DNA of 64,000 nucleotides from Macrostomum lignano (GCA_002269645.1 NIVC01003892.1:7186-71185), one strand, 5' to 3'; shown: positions 13,704 through 29,100, counted from the first letter of the stretch. The notes: generated by a model not told the origin, from the sequence alone. Numbers and translations: made by a program.

Positions 13704-15379
13704 GGGTCCACCCCAACTGCCGGCCGGAAAACTGCCAGCCGACAACTGCCAGCCGGAAAACTGCCAGCCGACAACTGCCAGCCGGAAAACTGCCAGCCGA
13801 CAACTGCCAGCCGGAAAACTGCCAGCCGACAATTGCCAGTCGACAACTGCCAGCCGACAACTGCCAGCCGACAACTGCCAGTCGACAACTGCCAGCCGAC
13901 AACTGCCAGTCGACAACTGCCAGTCGACAACTGCCAGCCGTCTGCCAGCCGACAATTGCCAGCCGGAAAACTGCCAGCCGACAACTGCCAGCCGGAAAAC
14001 TGCCAGCCGACAATTGCCAGTCGACAACTGCCAGCCGACAACTGCCAGCCGACAACTGCCAGTCGACAACTGCCAGCCGACAACTGCCAGCCGACAACTG
14101 CCAGTCGACAATTGCCAGCCGAGAAAACTGCCAGCCGGACAATTGCCAGCCGACAACTGCCAGTCGACAATTGCCAGCCGAGAAAACTGCCAGCCGGAAA
14201 ACTGCCAGCCGAGAACTGCCAGCCGACAACTGCCAGTCGACAATTGCCAGTCGACAATTGCCAGCCGAGAAAACTGCCAGCCGGACAACTGCCAGCTGGA
14301 AAACTGCCAGCCGACAACTGGCAGCCGGAACACTGCCAGCCGACAACTGGCAGCCGGAACACTGCCAGCCGACAATTGCCAGCCGACAACTGCCAGCCGA
14401 CAACTGCCAGTCGACAACTGCCAGCCGACAACTGCCAGCCGGAAAACTGCCAGCCGACAACTGGCAGCCGGAACACTGCCAGCCGACAATTGCCAGCCGA
14501 CAACTGCCAGCCGGAAAACTGCCAGCCGGACAACTGCCAGCCGGAAAACTGCCAGCCGGAAAACTGGCAGCCGACAAGTTCTAGCTAATTGAATCTACTG
14601 TAGCCTACTTATTAGCTAAGTAAAAAGCACGAAACTGTTTGGCTAGCAAAAGGCTTGTGGGGTAGCCTTAAATGTCGCCCTTCCCTTCCCTAATTTTTTC
14701 AGATTTCCATTAGAAGTATGTATGTGAAGAAGGCATTCTGTAATGCCTATTGTAAATATTTCTGTATTGAAAGTTTATTTACTTTATTATTTAATTTGCG
14801 ATTGCTATATGACGCAATCCTAGATAAGTCTATTAAACTACTTTACTTAAATAAAGCTTTCAAAGAAAGAGCAAAGGCTACCTAAAAATACGAAATTTGA
14901 ATGCTTTCTCATTCACATATATACTTCTAATGGAAATCTGAAAAAATTAGGGAAGGGAAGGGCGACATTTAAGGCTACCCCACAAGCCTTTTGCTAGCCA
15001 AACAGTTTCGTGCTTTTTACTTAGCTAATAAGTAGGCTACAGTAGATTCAATTAGCTAGAACTTTTCGGCTGCCAGTTGTCGGCTGGCAGATTTCTCGAC
15101 TGGCAGTTGTCGGCTGGCAATTGTCGACTGGCAGTTGTCGGCTGGCAGTTCTCGGCTGGCAGTTTTCTCGACTGGCAGTTGTCGGCTGGCAATTGTCGAC
15201 TGGCAGTTGTCGGCTGGCAGTTTTCCGGCTGGCAGTTTTCTCGGCTGGCAGTTTTCCGGCTGGCAGTTGTCGGCTGGCAGTTGTCGACTGGCAGTTGTCG
15301 GCTGGCAGTTGTCGGCTGGCAGTGTTCCGGCTGCCAGTTGTCGGCTGGCAGTTTTCCGGCTGGCAGTTGGGGTGCTCCC
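13704..15379. mobile_element. Foldback/Mutator-like non-autonomous element with satellite-bearing inverted arms
   Basis: 9-bp TSD GTTGTATTC (13695-13703, 15380-15388); termini GGGTCCACCCCAACTGCC / GGCAGTTGGGGTGCTCCC. The arms carry 14-15-bp AACTGCCAGCCGAC units plus about 150 bp of near-perfect unique inverted sequence around an AT-rich spacer. Confidence 0.9.
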
Positions 15380-15551
15380 GTTGTATTCAGCTCACGTGAT
15401 GGAGCATATTGCGGTTACTTTTCTAAGATTTTCTTAGGAGTGATTGCCTATATTTTGTGTGTATAATAGGCCTACTAGCAAAATAGCTGTGTAACTACCA
15501 TATTATACAGGATAAAAAATTAATAGTAAATTATTTATATAGTCATTTATT

Positions 15552-17662
<2,111 letters not shown>

Positions 17663-18558
17663 CTAGCCAGCTAGGCAGTGTACATGCTATTCTGTGCTAT
17701 GGGGTTGGCCCTCATGTGAGTAGAATGGCACGACATGCCCTCCAGGCCAGTTTTCATACTCGATTCCCCAGTTATGTTACCATGCAGAGAGCCGCACGTG
17801 GTTGATTTGACGCGAGAGGCATATGCGTTAACCGAAGAGATCAGTCTCTAACCGCCCCCGCTTTCTTTCGGCTCCAGCACGCAGGCCTGGTTTGGTGTGT
17901 AACTAACTATTATACTACTTGAGCAGGGCTGCTTTGCTCCAGCTTCTGTCAGTAGATTTATCTAGCATCTCTCCCAGTCCGTCCACCCTTTTAGTCCCAC
18001 ACGTACTCTCTTCTCCTCTCTTCCTTCCATACCATATTCTCTCCCCATCTCTGCCTTCGTCTCTCCCGACCCTGACGGTCCTCCTATACATTCTTCTTCG
18101 TTTGGTTTCCATGCTCTCAACTCCTTAAGCCCCTCACCAGACAGACAGCTCATAAAGCTACCAACTAAGAGTACTATAGTCCAATTTACTAACCCGTGAA
18201 TATCAAAAAAGTTAATTTAGCTCGTACAGGCATTTACATTCGTGTTTCAACCATAGTTAATTGGAAGTCGCAAGGGTAGAATCGACAGAGTTGGGGGGGA
18301 GGACGGGTGGGGGGTGTGGGGTAGAGCAGGGGGAGAGATTCAGGCAAAAGCAGATGGCCAATGAGCATATGTCGGCAATACAGGGAAATTAACTAACAGT
18401 GCCTCTCGCTGTGAGTGAAGTACAGGCGCATAAAGGACCGGATCTGTTCCATTCAGTACTTCTTAAAGAGCCCGGGCGAAAAGGAGAGCAAGGCAGTAGA
18501 CGAGAATTAAACTGTTTTAATAACGGTTTCATAACTAAAAACATTTGCCAATATAAAA

Positions 18559-21348
18559 ATGCCTACCGATACCATAACGAATCAGTCTGGCATTACTAAA
18601 CAGTCGGATTTACCGATTGATCCGACTGGTGCCTCCTCGACGAATCCACCGGAGGTGGAATACCACCGGGTGTCCCAGATGGACGATTCGCCGTCAGTGG
18701 GAGCCGAGGACGACGCTCGAGTTTTGATTGGCGGTCGCCACGCCACAATGTCGGGCATTCGGTGTCATCAGCAGCGACTGAGCGCCAAGCAGTTTGTCGG
18801 TCGGTGCCCAGCCTGCCATCAGCAGGTGACCTCACGGCTGACGTACAGAATCGGCTCGAGGAGCTGCACCACTGCTGCACTGCTTGTGTGTCCCGGGTGA
18901 GCGGTCTTGCCATTCTTGGTTTAACTTGAGCAGCTTTCACTACAGAGCTCATGGGGTATTGCTCAGGTGTCCATAGACTCGTGGGGCATTCCTCAGGTGC
19001 CTATAGACTCATGGGGCATTCCTCAGGTGCTTAGACTCATGGGGCATTCTTCAGGTGCCTATAGACTCATGGGGCATTCTTCAGGTGCCTATAGACTCAT
19101 GGGGCATTCTTCAGGTGCCTAGACTCATGGGGCATTCCTCAGGTGCCTATAGACTCGTGGTGCATTCCTCAGGTGCCTATAGACTCACGGGGCATTGCTC
19201 AGGTGTCTATAGACTCGTGGTGCATTGCTCAGGTGCCTATAGACTCATGGGGCATTCTTCAGGTGCCAATAGACTCATGGGGCATTCCTCAGGTGCCTAT
19301 AGACTCATGGGGCATTCCTCAGGTGCTTAGACTCATGGGGCATTCTTCAGGTGCCTATAGACTCATGGGGCATTCTTCAGGTGCCTATAGACTCATGGGG
19401 CATTCTTCAGGTGCCTATAGACTCATGGGGCATTCCTCAGGTGCCTATAGACTCGTGGGGCATTGCTCAGGGGCCTATAGACTCATGGGACATTCCTCAG
19501 GTGCTTAGACTCATGGGGCATTCTTCAGGTGCCTATAGACTCATGGGGCATTCTTCAGGTGCCTATAGACTCATGGGGCATTCTTCAGGTGCCTAGACTC
19601 ATGGGGCATTCCTCAGGTACCTATAGACTCGTGGTGCATTCCTCAGGTGCCTATAGACTCACGGGGCATTGCTCAGGTGTCTATAGACTCGTGGTGCATT
19701 CCTCAGGTGCCTATAGACTCATGGGGCATTCCTCAGGTGCCTATAGACTCATGGGGCATTCTTCAGGTGCCTATAGACTCATGGGGCATTCCTCAGGTGC
19801 CTATAGACTCATGGGGCATTCCTCAGGTGCTTAGACTCATGGGGCATTCTTCAGGTGCCTATAGACTCATGGGGCATTCTTCAGGTGCCTATAGACTCAT
19901 GGGGCATTCTTCAGGTGCCTATAGACTCATGGGGCATTCTTCAGGTGCCTATAGACTCGTGGGGCATTGCTCAGGGGCCTATAGACTCATGGGACATTCC
20001 TCAGGTGCCTAGACTCATGGGGCATTCCTCAGGTGCCTATAGACTCATGGGGCATTCCTCAGGTGCTTAGACTCATGGGGCATTCTTCAGGTGCCTATAG
20101 ACTCATGGGGCATTCCTCAGGTGCCTATAGACTCATGGGGCATTCCTCAGGTGCTTAGACTCATGGGGCATTCTTCAGGTGCCTATAGACTCATGGGGCA
20201 TTCCTCAGGTGCCTATAGACTCGTGGGGCATTGCTCAGGGGCCTATAGACTCATGGGACATTCCTCATGTGCCTAGACTCATGGGGCATTCCTCAGGTGC
20301 CTATTGACTCATGGGGCATTCATCAGGTGCCTATAGACTCATGGGGCATTCTTCAGGTGCCTATAGACTCATGGGGCATTCTTCAGGTGCCTATAGACTC
20401 ATGGGGCATTCTTCAGGTGCCTAGACTCATGGGGCATTCCTCAGGTGCCTATAGACTCGTGGGGCATTCCTCAGGTGCCTATAGACTCATGGGGCATTCC
20501 TCAGGTGCCTAGACTCATGGGGCATTCCTCAGGTGCCTATAGACTCATGGGGCATTCCTCAGATGCCTATAGACTCATGGGGCATTCCTCAGGTACCTAT
20601 AGACTCATGGGGCATTCCTCAGGTACCTATAGACTCATGGGGCATTCCTCAGGTACCTATAGACTCATGGGGCATTGCTCAGGTGCCTTAACTTTATTAA
20701 CTTCAAGATAATGTAACTGCTAAGATCTTTATTGCCGTTATGCCGAAACGCTAATTAAGTTCGTTCCTAGGCGGTGCGCACGTTACGTTTGCAACCCTCT
20801 AATTCGGCTAATTAAGTGTATTGTCATATAGTTTGAGAATAATCAAAGGACAGCAACTACCGGTATGTACATGTATCAAGGAGACCAGCGGCCCTGCAGG
20901 CTCGATTCCTAAGTGCAGTCATTATTTTGGGACTATTTTGGAATCTCGGCTTGGCTCTGCTCGTGCAATTAACGCCCTGAAAGTGTACATGCCTAAGGAT
21001 AAATAAAGTTAGGGCCGCTGTACACTCCTGTGTGAGTGTGTGCCTGCGTACGTATCCTTGCGCTTGTCTGCCTGCTCAGGGGAGTCGGCGGAATGGGCAG
21101 AATCGCCTCACTGCTGCACGATTCTGAGACGATGTCAGCTAGGGTGCCCGAGGCCCTCCTTTAGTCGTAATAATAGTAAAATGTACTTTTAGCAACTAAA
21201 GAGCATCAATATATCTTGTTATTTTAGGGGCCTTTTCATTTTGCCGGCAGCATTCTTCTGGCTTCCCCTGCTGCTGGACAACTTCAAGGATGTGGTTCAC
21301 ACCTGCCCACTGTGCAAATGCGAGATTGGCTGCTACAAACGGAGATAA
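18559..21348 (+). CDS. LITAF-domain (SIMPLE-like) protein, 152 aa. Exons 18559-18896, 21228-21348
   Basis: CPAC..VTS..Y..G motif in exon 1, a phase-2 GT-AG intron, then a hydrophobic stretch and LDNFKDVVHTCPLCKCEIGCYKRR*. This is the LITAF signature. Confidence 0.9.
18945..20690. repeat. 28/30-bp minisatellite in the LITAF intron
   Basis: GTGCCTATAGACTCATGGGGCATTC(C/T)TCAG units, roughly 60 copies. Confidence 0.97.
20883..21115 (+). mobile_element. tRNA-derived SINE family B, 5'-truncated copy
   Basis: GGCTCGATTCC box-B-like motif and a body (GGCTCTGCTCGTGCAATTAACG..GGCCGCTGTACACTCCTGTGTGAGTGTGTGCC..GCCTGCTCAGGGGAGTCGG) shared with the minus-strand copy at 34380-35560. Confidence 0.75.
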
Positions 21349-22124
21349 ACTAAAGTACATTTGATAAGAAATCGAAATTGTCTGCACACAATATTTGACC
21401 TTTTCTGTGTTTTCCTTTGCCTGCTTTATTTATTTTCGTTAACCAGTTTAAATCATTTATTCATTACTGTTTGCACATTTAGACTGTTTTGATTTAATCG
21501 ATAACTTATAACTGAAAAATATAAAGAACTAATCATCATCTCGTCATATAGTTGAATTATATTTTATATTTAATGCTTCTAAAAAAAGCACAAAGACTTT
21601 ATTACTTGTTATTACCAAAATTTTATAATTAAAACATACAATATCAGCTACAGAAAAAATATACATTTGTAATTGAATTCAGTAGTGTAATCAAATTAAA
21701 TCAAATAAAAACTTCATTTTCTGGAAAAGTGAAAAAAATCTTTATATGCTTTGTGCGCTACTATAAATAGTTTTAAGCAGTATATTCTACCGACTTTTAG
21801 CTAATCGGAAAGAAAATATAGACGAAATTAATTGGCAGACCGTGAAGAGCTGTGTGAAAATGTAGCCACACATAATTAAAATGGTGATATTTTAGGCACA
21901 CTTTAGCAGCAAAGAAAAGAAATGCATGGTGCACTGAACTGAATCTTCCTTGCATGTTGCAGACAATTATTGTAAAAATAAAAAATATCTGTGATTCTCA
22001 ATCATATATAATTTGCAGGCACTTAATTGGAATTTAAATTAGTCTCATTTAGCAACAGAATCAAAGTTTAGCGATTAACAAAAAATAACGCACAAGGACT
22101 CAGGCAGGTGCAATGACAGACAGA

Positions 22125-22165
22125 CAGACAGACAGACACTAAGACAGACAGAGAGACAGACAAGC

Positions 22166-22206
<41 letters not shown>

Positions 22207-22237
22207 GGCAGGCAGACAGACAGACAGACAGACGGGC

Positions 22238-22310
<73 letters not shown>

Positions 22311-22405
22311 GGCAGGCAGACAGACAGGCAGACAGGCAGACAGGCAGACAGGCAGACAGGCAGACAGACAGACACTAAGACAGACAGACAGACAGACAGA
22401 CACTA

Positions 22406-22438
<33 letters not shown>

Positions 22439-22520
22439 GGCAGACAGGCAGACAGACAGGCAGACAGGCAGACAGACAGGCAGACAGGCAGACAGGCAGA
22501 CAGACAGACAGACAGACAAG
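22125..22520. repeat. (CAGA)n microsatellite
   Basis: GACA units with GGCA variants. Confidence 0.97.
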
Positions 22521-22581
22521 TGTGACTAGCCAGAGGCGAAGATCCGTCAGTCCCGCAGCTCCCGATCAAGCCGCAATCGCA

Positions 22582-25325
22582 TCAGCCATTCACTGGCGGC
22601 AGCCTTTGATTCTGTTCCCGAGATTGTCCGCCGGACCGGCTGCTGGATTCTCTTCTAGGAGATGCTGCAGTTGAAGCAAATTTTGATAGTCGATTACTGC
22701 CAGTCTCCGGCCGGACAATCTGGCGTCTTGAAGCTTCGGGACTTGCGGCAGGCTGCTGCTGCTGTTGCTGCCGTTGCCTCTGCTCTTCGGCTTCAAGGGC
22801 CCACCGACGCAAAAGGGCTGAGCAGCCGGACTCAGCGAGACCCCGTTTGTAACAAAGTCTGATGGAGAAATAGGGAGGACTGAGGCTTAAATGAATAGCT
22901 AAGCGCCAAGCATAAGCCTACGGAATCGCGCCAAACTGAATTTATCTGCACGATGGCGCCAGATTAAACCTGTCTGATGGCGCCAAACTAAGCCTGTCTG
23001 ATGGCGTCAAACTAAGCCTGTCTGATGGAGCCAAACTAAGCCTGTCTGATGGAGCCAAACTAAGCCTGTCTGATGGCGCCAAACTAAGCCTGTCTGATGG
23101 CGCCAAACTAAGCCTGTCTGATGGCGCCAAACTAAGCCTGTCTGATGGCGCCAAACTAAGCCTGTCTGATGGCGCCAAACTAAGCCTGTCTGATGGCGCC
23201 AAACTAAGCCTGTCTGATGGCGCCAAACGAAGCCTGTCTGATGGCGCCAAACTAAGCCTGTCTGATGGCGCCAAACTAAGCCTGTCTGATGGCGCCAAAC
23301 TAAGCCTGTCTGATGGCGCCAAACTAAGCCTGTCTGATGGCGTCAAACTAAGCCTGTCTGATGGCGCCAAACTAAGCCTGTCTGATGGCGCCAAACTAAG
23401 CCTGTCTGATGGCGCCAAACTAAGCCTGTCTGATGGCGCCAAACTAAGCCTGTCTAATGGCGCCAAACTAAGCCTGTCTGATGGCGCCAAACTAAGCCTG
23501 TCTGATGGCGCCAAACTAAGCCTGTCTGATGGCGCCAAACGAAGCCTGTCTGATGGCGCCAAACGAAGCCTGTCTGATGGCGCCAAACTAAGCCTGTCTG
23601 ATGGCGCCAAACTAAGCCTGTCTGATGGCGCCAAACTAAGCCTGTCTGATGGCGCCAAACTAAGCCTGTCTGATGGCGTCAAACTAAGCCTGTCTGATGG
23701 CGCCAAACTAAGCCTGTCTGATGGCGCCAAACGAAGCCTGTCTGATGGCGCCAAACTAAGCCTGTCTAATGGCGCCAAACTAAGCCTGTCTGATGGCGCC
23801 AAACTAAGCCTGTCTGATGGCGCCAAACTAAGCCTGTCTGATGGCGCCAAACTAAGCCTGTCTGATGGCGCCAAACTAAGCCTGTCTGATGGCGCCAAAC
23901 TAAGCCTGTCTGATGGCGCCAAACTAAGCCTGTCTGATGGCGCCAAACTAAGCCTGTCTGATGGCGTCAAACTAAGCCTGTCTGATGGCGCCAAACTAAG
24001 CCTGTCTGATGGCGCCAAACGAAGCCTGTCTGATGGCGCCAAACTAAGCCTGTCTGATGGCGCCAAACTAAGCCTGTCTAATGGCGCCAAACTAAGCCTG
24101 TCTGATGGCGCCAAACTAAGCCTGTCTGGTGGCGCCAAACTAAGCCTGTCTGATGGCGCCAAACTAAGCCTGTCTGATGGCGCCAAACTAAGCCTGTCTG
24201 ATGGCGCCAAACGAAGCCTGTCTGATGGCGCCAAACTAAGCCTGTCTGATGGCGCCAAACTAAGCCTGTCTGATGGCGCCAAACTAAGCCTGTCTGATGG
24301 CGTCAAACTAAGCCTGTCTGATGGCGCCAAACGTAACCTGTTTAATAGCGCTAAATTAGGCCTGTTCTATCTGAATCTTTAATCTTGCCACAAACATAGT
24401 AAGCAATAAAAAACAGCAGTAACTTTCGATCCCTTCTCACCTGGCCTCCAGCTGGTAGTCTCTAGAAATAAGCGACTGTAGTTCGGCCAACTTTTGCACC
24501 ATCTTAATCTGTGTAAATAATAATAAAATTGTTTGGCGTATGTTGATAAACAAACAAGCTACTTATATCAGTAGAGAGTACGCAATCATACACTATTATA
24601 TATACCTGATTGCTGACAGGCGGAATGACTACCGACTTTGATCTTTGCCGGGGCGTCTCGAACGACACGTGGCGCGCTTCGGTTTTTGAATCTTTGCCCG
24701 CCTGAGGCTTTTCTTGCTCCGGTTTCTTTTTAATCGTTGCTTTATCGTCGTTTTTGTTGGCTTTGGTGGCAACGCTTGTCTTTTTGTCGGTTTTGCTTTT
24801 TACGATTGGCTCGGCAGACTTTGAGCGAATCTGCCGAACTGGCGCAGCTTTCGGCTTTGCAGCTTTGCCGATTTTTGTCTTCTTCTTTTTTCGCTGGGTT
24901 TTTGGTTGGGACATTTCCGTTTCTTTCGCTGGGCTGTCAGCTGATTGCTCGGGCAATTGCTGGTCTTTTGCGTCCGCAGTTGTCGATGAAATATCGTTCG
25001 CGTCTGCCTCCGGGTCAACGTCCTCGTGGGCGACTTCGTTTGTTTCTGGTTGATTTTGGTTCTCAGTAGGTTCTGGTTGTTCCTGGTTTTCTGTTGCTTC
25101 CGGATTCTCTGCTGCACAAGCGGTGTCGTTTGTAATGGATTCTTCCTCCTGTTGATCATCGTTGGACGCCAACAACTCTTCCTTCGATTCCTCAAGCTCT
25201 TTAGCGTCACTATTTTCGCCTTCCGTCTGTACTGACGGCGCATTTTCGTCGCTTTCGGCATTGGTTAGAAAAAATGCGCCGGACTCTGCCTGCGGCTGCG
25301 AAGGCTCCGACGATTGGTCGTCCAT
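22582..25325 (-). CDS. Orphan low-complexity protein (acidic N-half, Lys-rich middle, Gln/Arg/Ser tail), 354 aa. Exons (minus) 25325-24606, 24508-24441, 22858-22582
   Basis: A 240-codon open first exon ending CAG|GTATAT. Two further exons with good acceptors keep frame (1065 nt total) and join the 22582-22812 ORF. No recognisable domain. Confidence 0.7.
22940..24335. repeat. 24-bp minisatellite (about 58 units) in intron 2 of the minus-strand orphan
   Basis: CTAAGCCTGTCTGATGGCGCCAAA units; source of the APSDRLSL ORF. Confidence 0.97.
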
Positions 25326-26214
25326 GCGAGACCAGTCATGCAAATTGTTTTGATAGATTTTTTATGAACTTGTTACATGTGATTTACTAAGATAACAGTG
25401 CATGAATGTATCTATGATCTATGTATATGTTGTGCCGATTGAGGCTATATTACGACATAAAAAACAAGCTAATTTTCATTTATGCAAGAATTGGCAAGTA
25501 TTTTTTAGAGCCCTTTTCGTTGGAACATGATCTTTAAGACAGAAATGTAAAAAAATCATTTTAAAGTATATTCAACTGTCCTTACTTTTTAACATGCCTC
25601 AAAACAAAAAGGTTTTCATATATGATCATCAAACCATGTATTACCTATCTAAAACATATCATAAATCCAGAGGAGAAGTCAGATAAGGTAAAGTGTTTAA
25701 GCATCCTGATCCTTAAAACACACAGGATTCTAATTGCTTTAAAGAGCAAAAATAGAATCAGACTAAAATCAGTGACAGTAATCACTATTCACAATGAAAT
25801 GACCTGTGATCTAAATGTGAAACCAATCTTAAAAATAAAATGAATCAAAAACTTTAAAACAAATGAATTATATAGGGCCAGTAATCGCCTTTTACTTCTT
25901 GAATCATACTGTTTCTCTGAGAAATACTCGAGTCTCGCGGCTCGCTTTAAAGGAACTTTAGTAGTCCTGACTCGCCAGTCGCCCTTAAAAAAGTTCACTA
26001 AACATATTAAAAAATCACATAACCTACGCGCAATTAAAATTGTTGTTTCACGGGAAACGATTGGATTCACATAAATAAACAACAGTCTATTTTTAAATGC
26101 ATTTATGAATAAATCCAAAATAAAAATAGTCTATTTCATAAAATTTATGCTTTTATTAACACGTATCGGGGTCGTGAACTTTCCTGCTATTGCAGTTTTC
26201 AATGCTTTTAAATG

Positions 26215-26372
26215 ATTGATCACGAGTTACGAATAGCGCGCGGGCCTGATGCACTAAAAGCACAAAATTTTGATCACGAGTTACGAATAGCGCGCGGGCC
26301 AGGCCTGATGCACTAAAAGCACAAAATTTTGATCACGAGTTACGAATAGCGCGGGCCTGATGCACTAAAAGC
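26215..26372. repeat. 54-59-bp tandem triplication
   Basis: CACGAGTTACGAATAGCGCG..CCTGATGCACTAAAAGC at 26221, 26275 and 26334. Confidence 0.9.
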
Positions 26373-29100
26373 CAATAACTGATCCCTATATAATGGCCAG
26401 CCTACTATAGCAAGCTCAGCCTACTATATTTTAATTTACATGTAATAGGCCTGGGCCCTAGGCCTAGTCTGTCATAAATAACACTAGTGTAAATCAGGGA
26501 GATTGCATATGTATGTATGTTATGTTGTTAAGCCAATATGGTATGGATTCTAATTGGTGAATGTTATTAAAATATTAGGCATTATATATATTAATATAAT
26601 CTAATATTAATATACCAAAAATTTTGGCAAAAGTGAAATGTTTGTTTTATATGATTGATTTTATAAAAAAATTCTACCTTCTACCTGTTATTTAAACTAA
26701 GAGGGCCTAGCTATATGACTTATTACTTTTCTAAAAAAATCAACTTACATTTTTCAATGTCATACAAGAAACCATAAAGAAAAAAAATTAATGCAATTTT
26801 GGATAAACAGCAAGAGTAACTATAAATGTCTTATCAAGGCTAAATGCCTAGTTATCTAATTAGTACTATGTCTACATTTTAGGATGGACATTTGCCATTT
26901 TGGCAATTTATCTTAGTTGGGTCTCTCACTGGGTTTTTTTTAAGGTTGGAAATCCATTTGCCAGCTGGTCCTTGGGGCTCAAAATCTAGTTGCCAATAGC
27001 TGGGCCCTATTTTTGGTTGCCCATTGGCAACTAGCCAAATTCTCAAGGATGGATATTTCTAAGGCTATGTTTGAAAGCAGAAATTTATTCTCTTAACTCT
27101 AAGATTGCTATCTATGCTGCAAAGTGCAAATAATAATAAGCTAACAATTCTATTATATGATCATATTGATTCATTTGGCACTTTTATTACACTTACAAAA
27201 TCATCTCTTGAAATTGGCTACTGGCACAGGGAAAATAAAGTTGCCAGATTGGCCTTTGATGCCAAAAATCCAATTGCTAATGAGATTTTCAAGGGGCCAA
27301 AAAAACCCTGTAGGGCCATTCCATATAATTATGGTTGTAACATGACAGGCTATTTTTACTTATAAAATGAAATCTAATCATACTCGTAGAATATACTAAA
27401 CCAATATTTTCCATGAAAGATTATTTTGTCAAGAAAATCTTTATATAGTTTCATATAGATATCATCAACAGTATAGATGCTATTAAACCTTGAATGGCAC
27501 TTATGGTCGTAACAACAGGATTTTTGACATAGAAACTAAAAGGTAAAAGTCTTATAACATTTATCATTTTTGATATTTTGCAATACATTTTTTAAATTCA
27601 ACTAAGAACATCTTAAGAAATCATACTCTTTTATTAGAATATATAAACTCATAAAGGCAACAAACTACAAAGATACAAAAGAAAAGGCAGCCTTATGGTC
27701 GTAACATTATGGTTGTAACATTTTTTTTCTATCAATTCAGTAACTTTAAGTTACCAATTGTATGGAGATTATATGGTTGCTAATGTTTTTATCTGATTAT
27801 GCAAGTACTATAATTTTATCTATAGTTTGTTTCAACCTTCCAGAGCTTTTCATTTGTTTTCAAGAGGTACACAAAGTTAATGATGTCTTTTGCTTAGAAA
27901 AATGTCCAAATTTTTACAAAAATGGCTTTTTGCTAATTGATAACATACTAATCCAACATTTTACCATTCATTTGTTCTTAGATTGTATAAATTACATATA
28001 AAAAACATTTGGCAAAAAAAATGGCTGATAAGGCAATGGCAAGCAAAAATATTGACTTTTTTCTATTTTCCAAATATGTCTATCTTATCTGGAATGAGCC
28101 TGTATGGCCCAAAAAAACCAAGGTCTCTCACCAGCTAGCTGCATTGGACCAGTTTCCAGTTTCCACACAGGTTTAATCATTGCAATTCATGGCTTTACCA
28201 AAGTGCTCCTCTATATAGCAGTTTTTTTAAAGAAATTGGCAACAACAAAGCAACTTACACCAAATGTTTGAACTTTCTATCTTTGTGAATAAATTTTTTA
28301 TCATTGTTCCTTTGAATATATTCTACAAATGTACTTATAAACAGAAAAATGAAAGTTCACATTTATAATCACTTTGATAGCAGTTTAGGCCGCTATACAA
28401 CAAATTTATTTAACTATCAATTAGCACTACTGGCAAGTGATTGATGAGTAGTGAGGTAGGTATATTATTGACTGAATTATTCATATATTAGTATTGAAAT
28501 CAGTTCTGTTAGAAATTCAAATTAAATCAAATCGGTTAAAAAATATTTTGTCCTATTTCTAAATTGGATACCAATGAAACACCCTTGGGGGAGTTAATAC
28601 AATTTAAGTTTAGTATATAAGAGTAACTTTAAAGTAAACAAATTAAATTATACTTGTTTGGTTCAAGGTATGCATTTGATGTTTTTGAAATATTTGGCTA
28701 TTTATATCTCTTTTTTTCAATCAGTTGTTTTGAATTTTGCTTTATAAGGTAAAAAACATTTTTTGAATGTTATGTAACCATAATTCAATCTAGCCTGCAT
28801 TAGTCTAAAGAATTTTTTAAATGATAAAAAGTAATAAGGGTATATAATATTGATTTTTGGTGTCAAACAGATTTAGGAGTACAAATTTTACTAGGATGCT
28901 TGGATTTTATATTAGAATTTATATTCTTATTCTAATTCAATAAAAATTAGTACTATTAGCAAATAGCAAAACTTAAATCAAAATTAAGAAACCAAATCAA
29001 GTTGCACAAAGAAATCGGTGGTAAGTGGCAAGGCTGGTGTAATTTCAGAGATTGTGCTTATAAGGTGTTACCTGCCTCCTTCAGTGCTCATAAGGACGGG

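Noticed and set aside
17685-17915. Structured-looking segment next to the TTAG array (possible ribozyme or retroelement tail)
   Set aside because: No hammerhead core (CUGANGA...GAAA) could be assembled on either strand, and there is no second copy in the window.
18945-20690. Regular about 30-bp repeats (here and in other arrays) as a CRISPR array
   Set aside because: Units are contiguous with no unique spacers, there are no cas genes, and the context is eukaryotic.
22942-24330. 462-aa APSDRLSL ORF
   Set aside because: Lies inside a well-defined intron; no ATG start and no unique sequence.
26400-28990. AT-rich region with recurring TTATGGT(C/T)GTAACA motifs as a DNA transposon
   Set aside because: No termini, TSD or transposase motifs could be identified.
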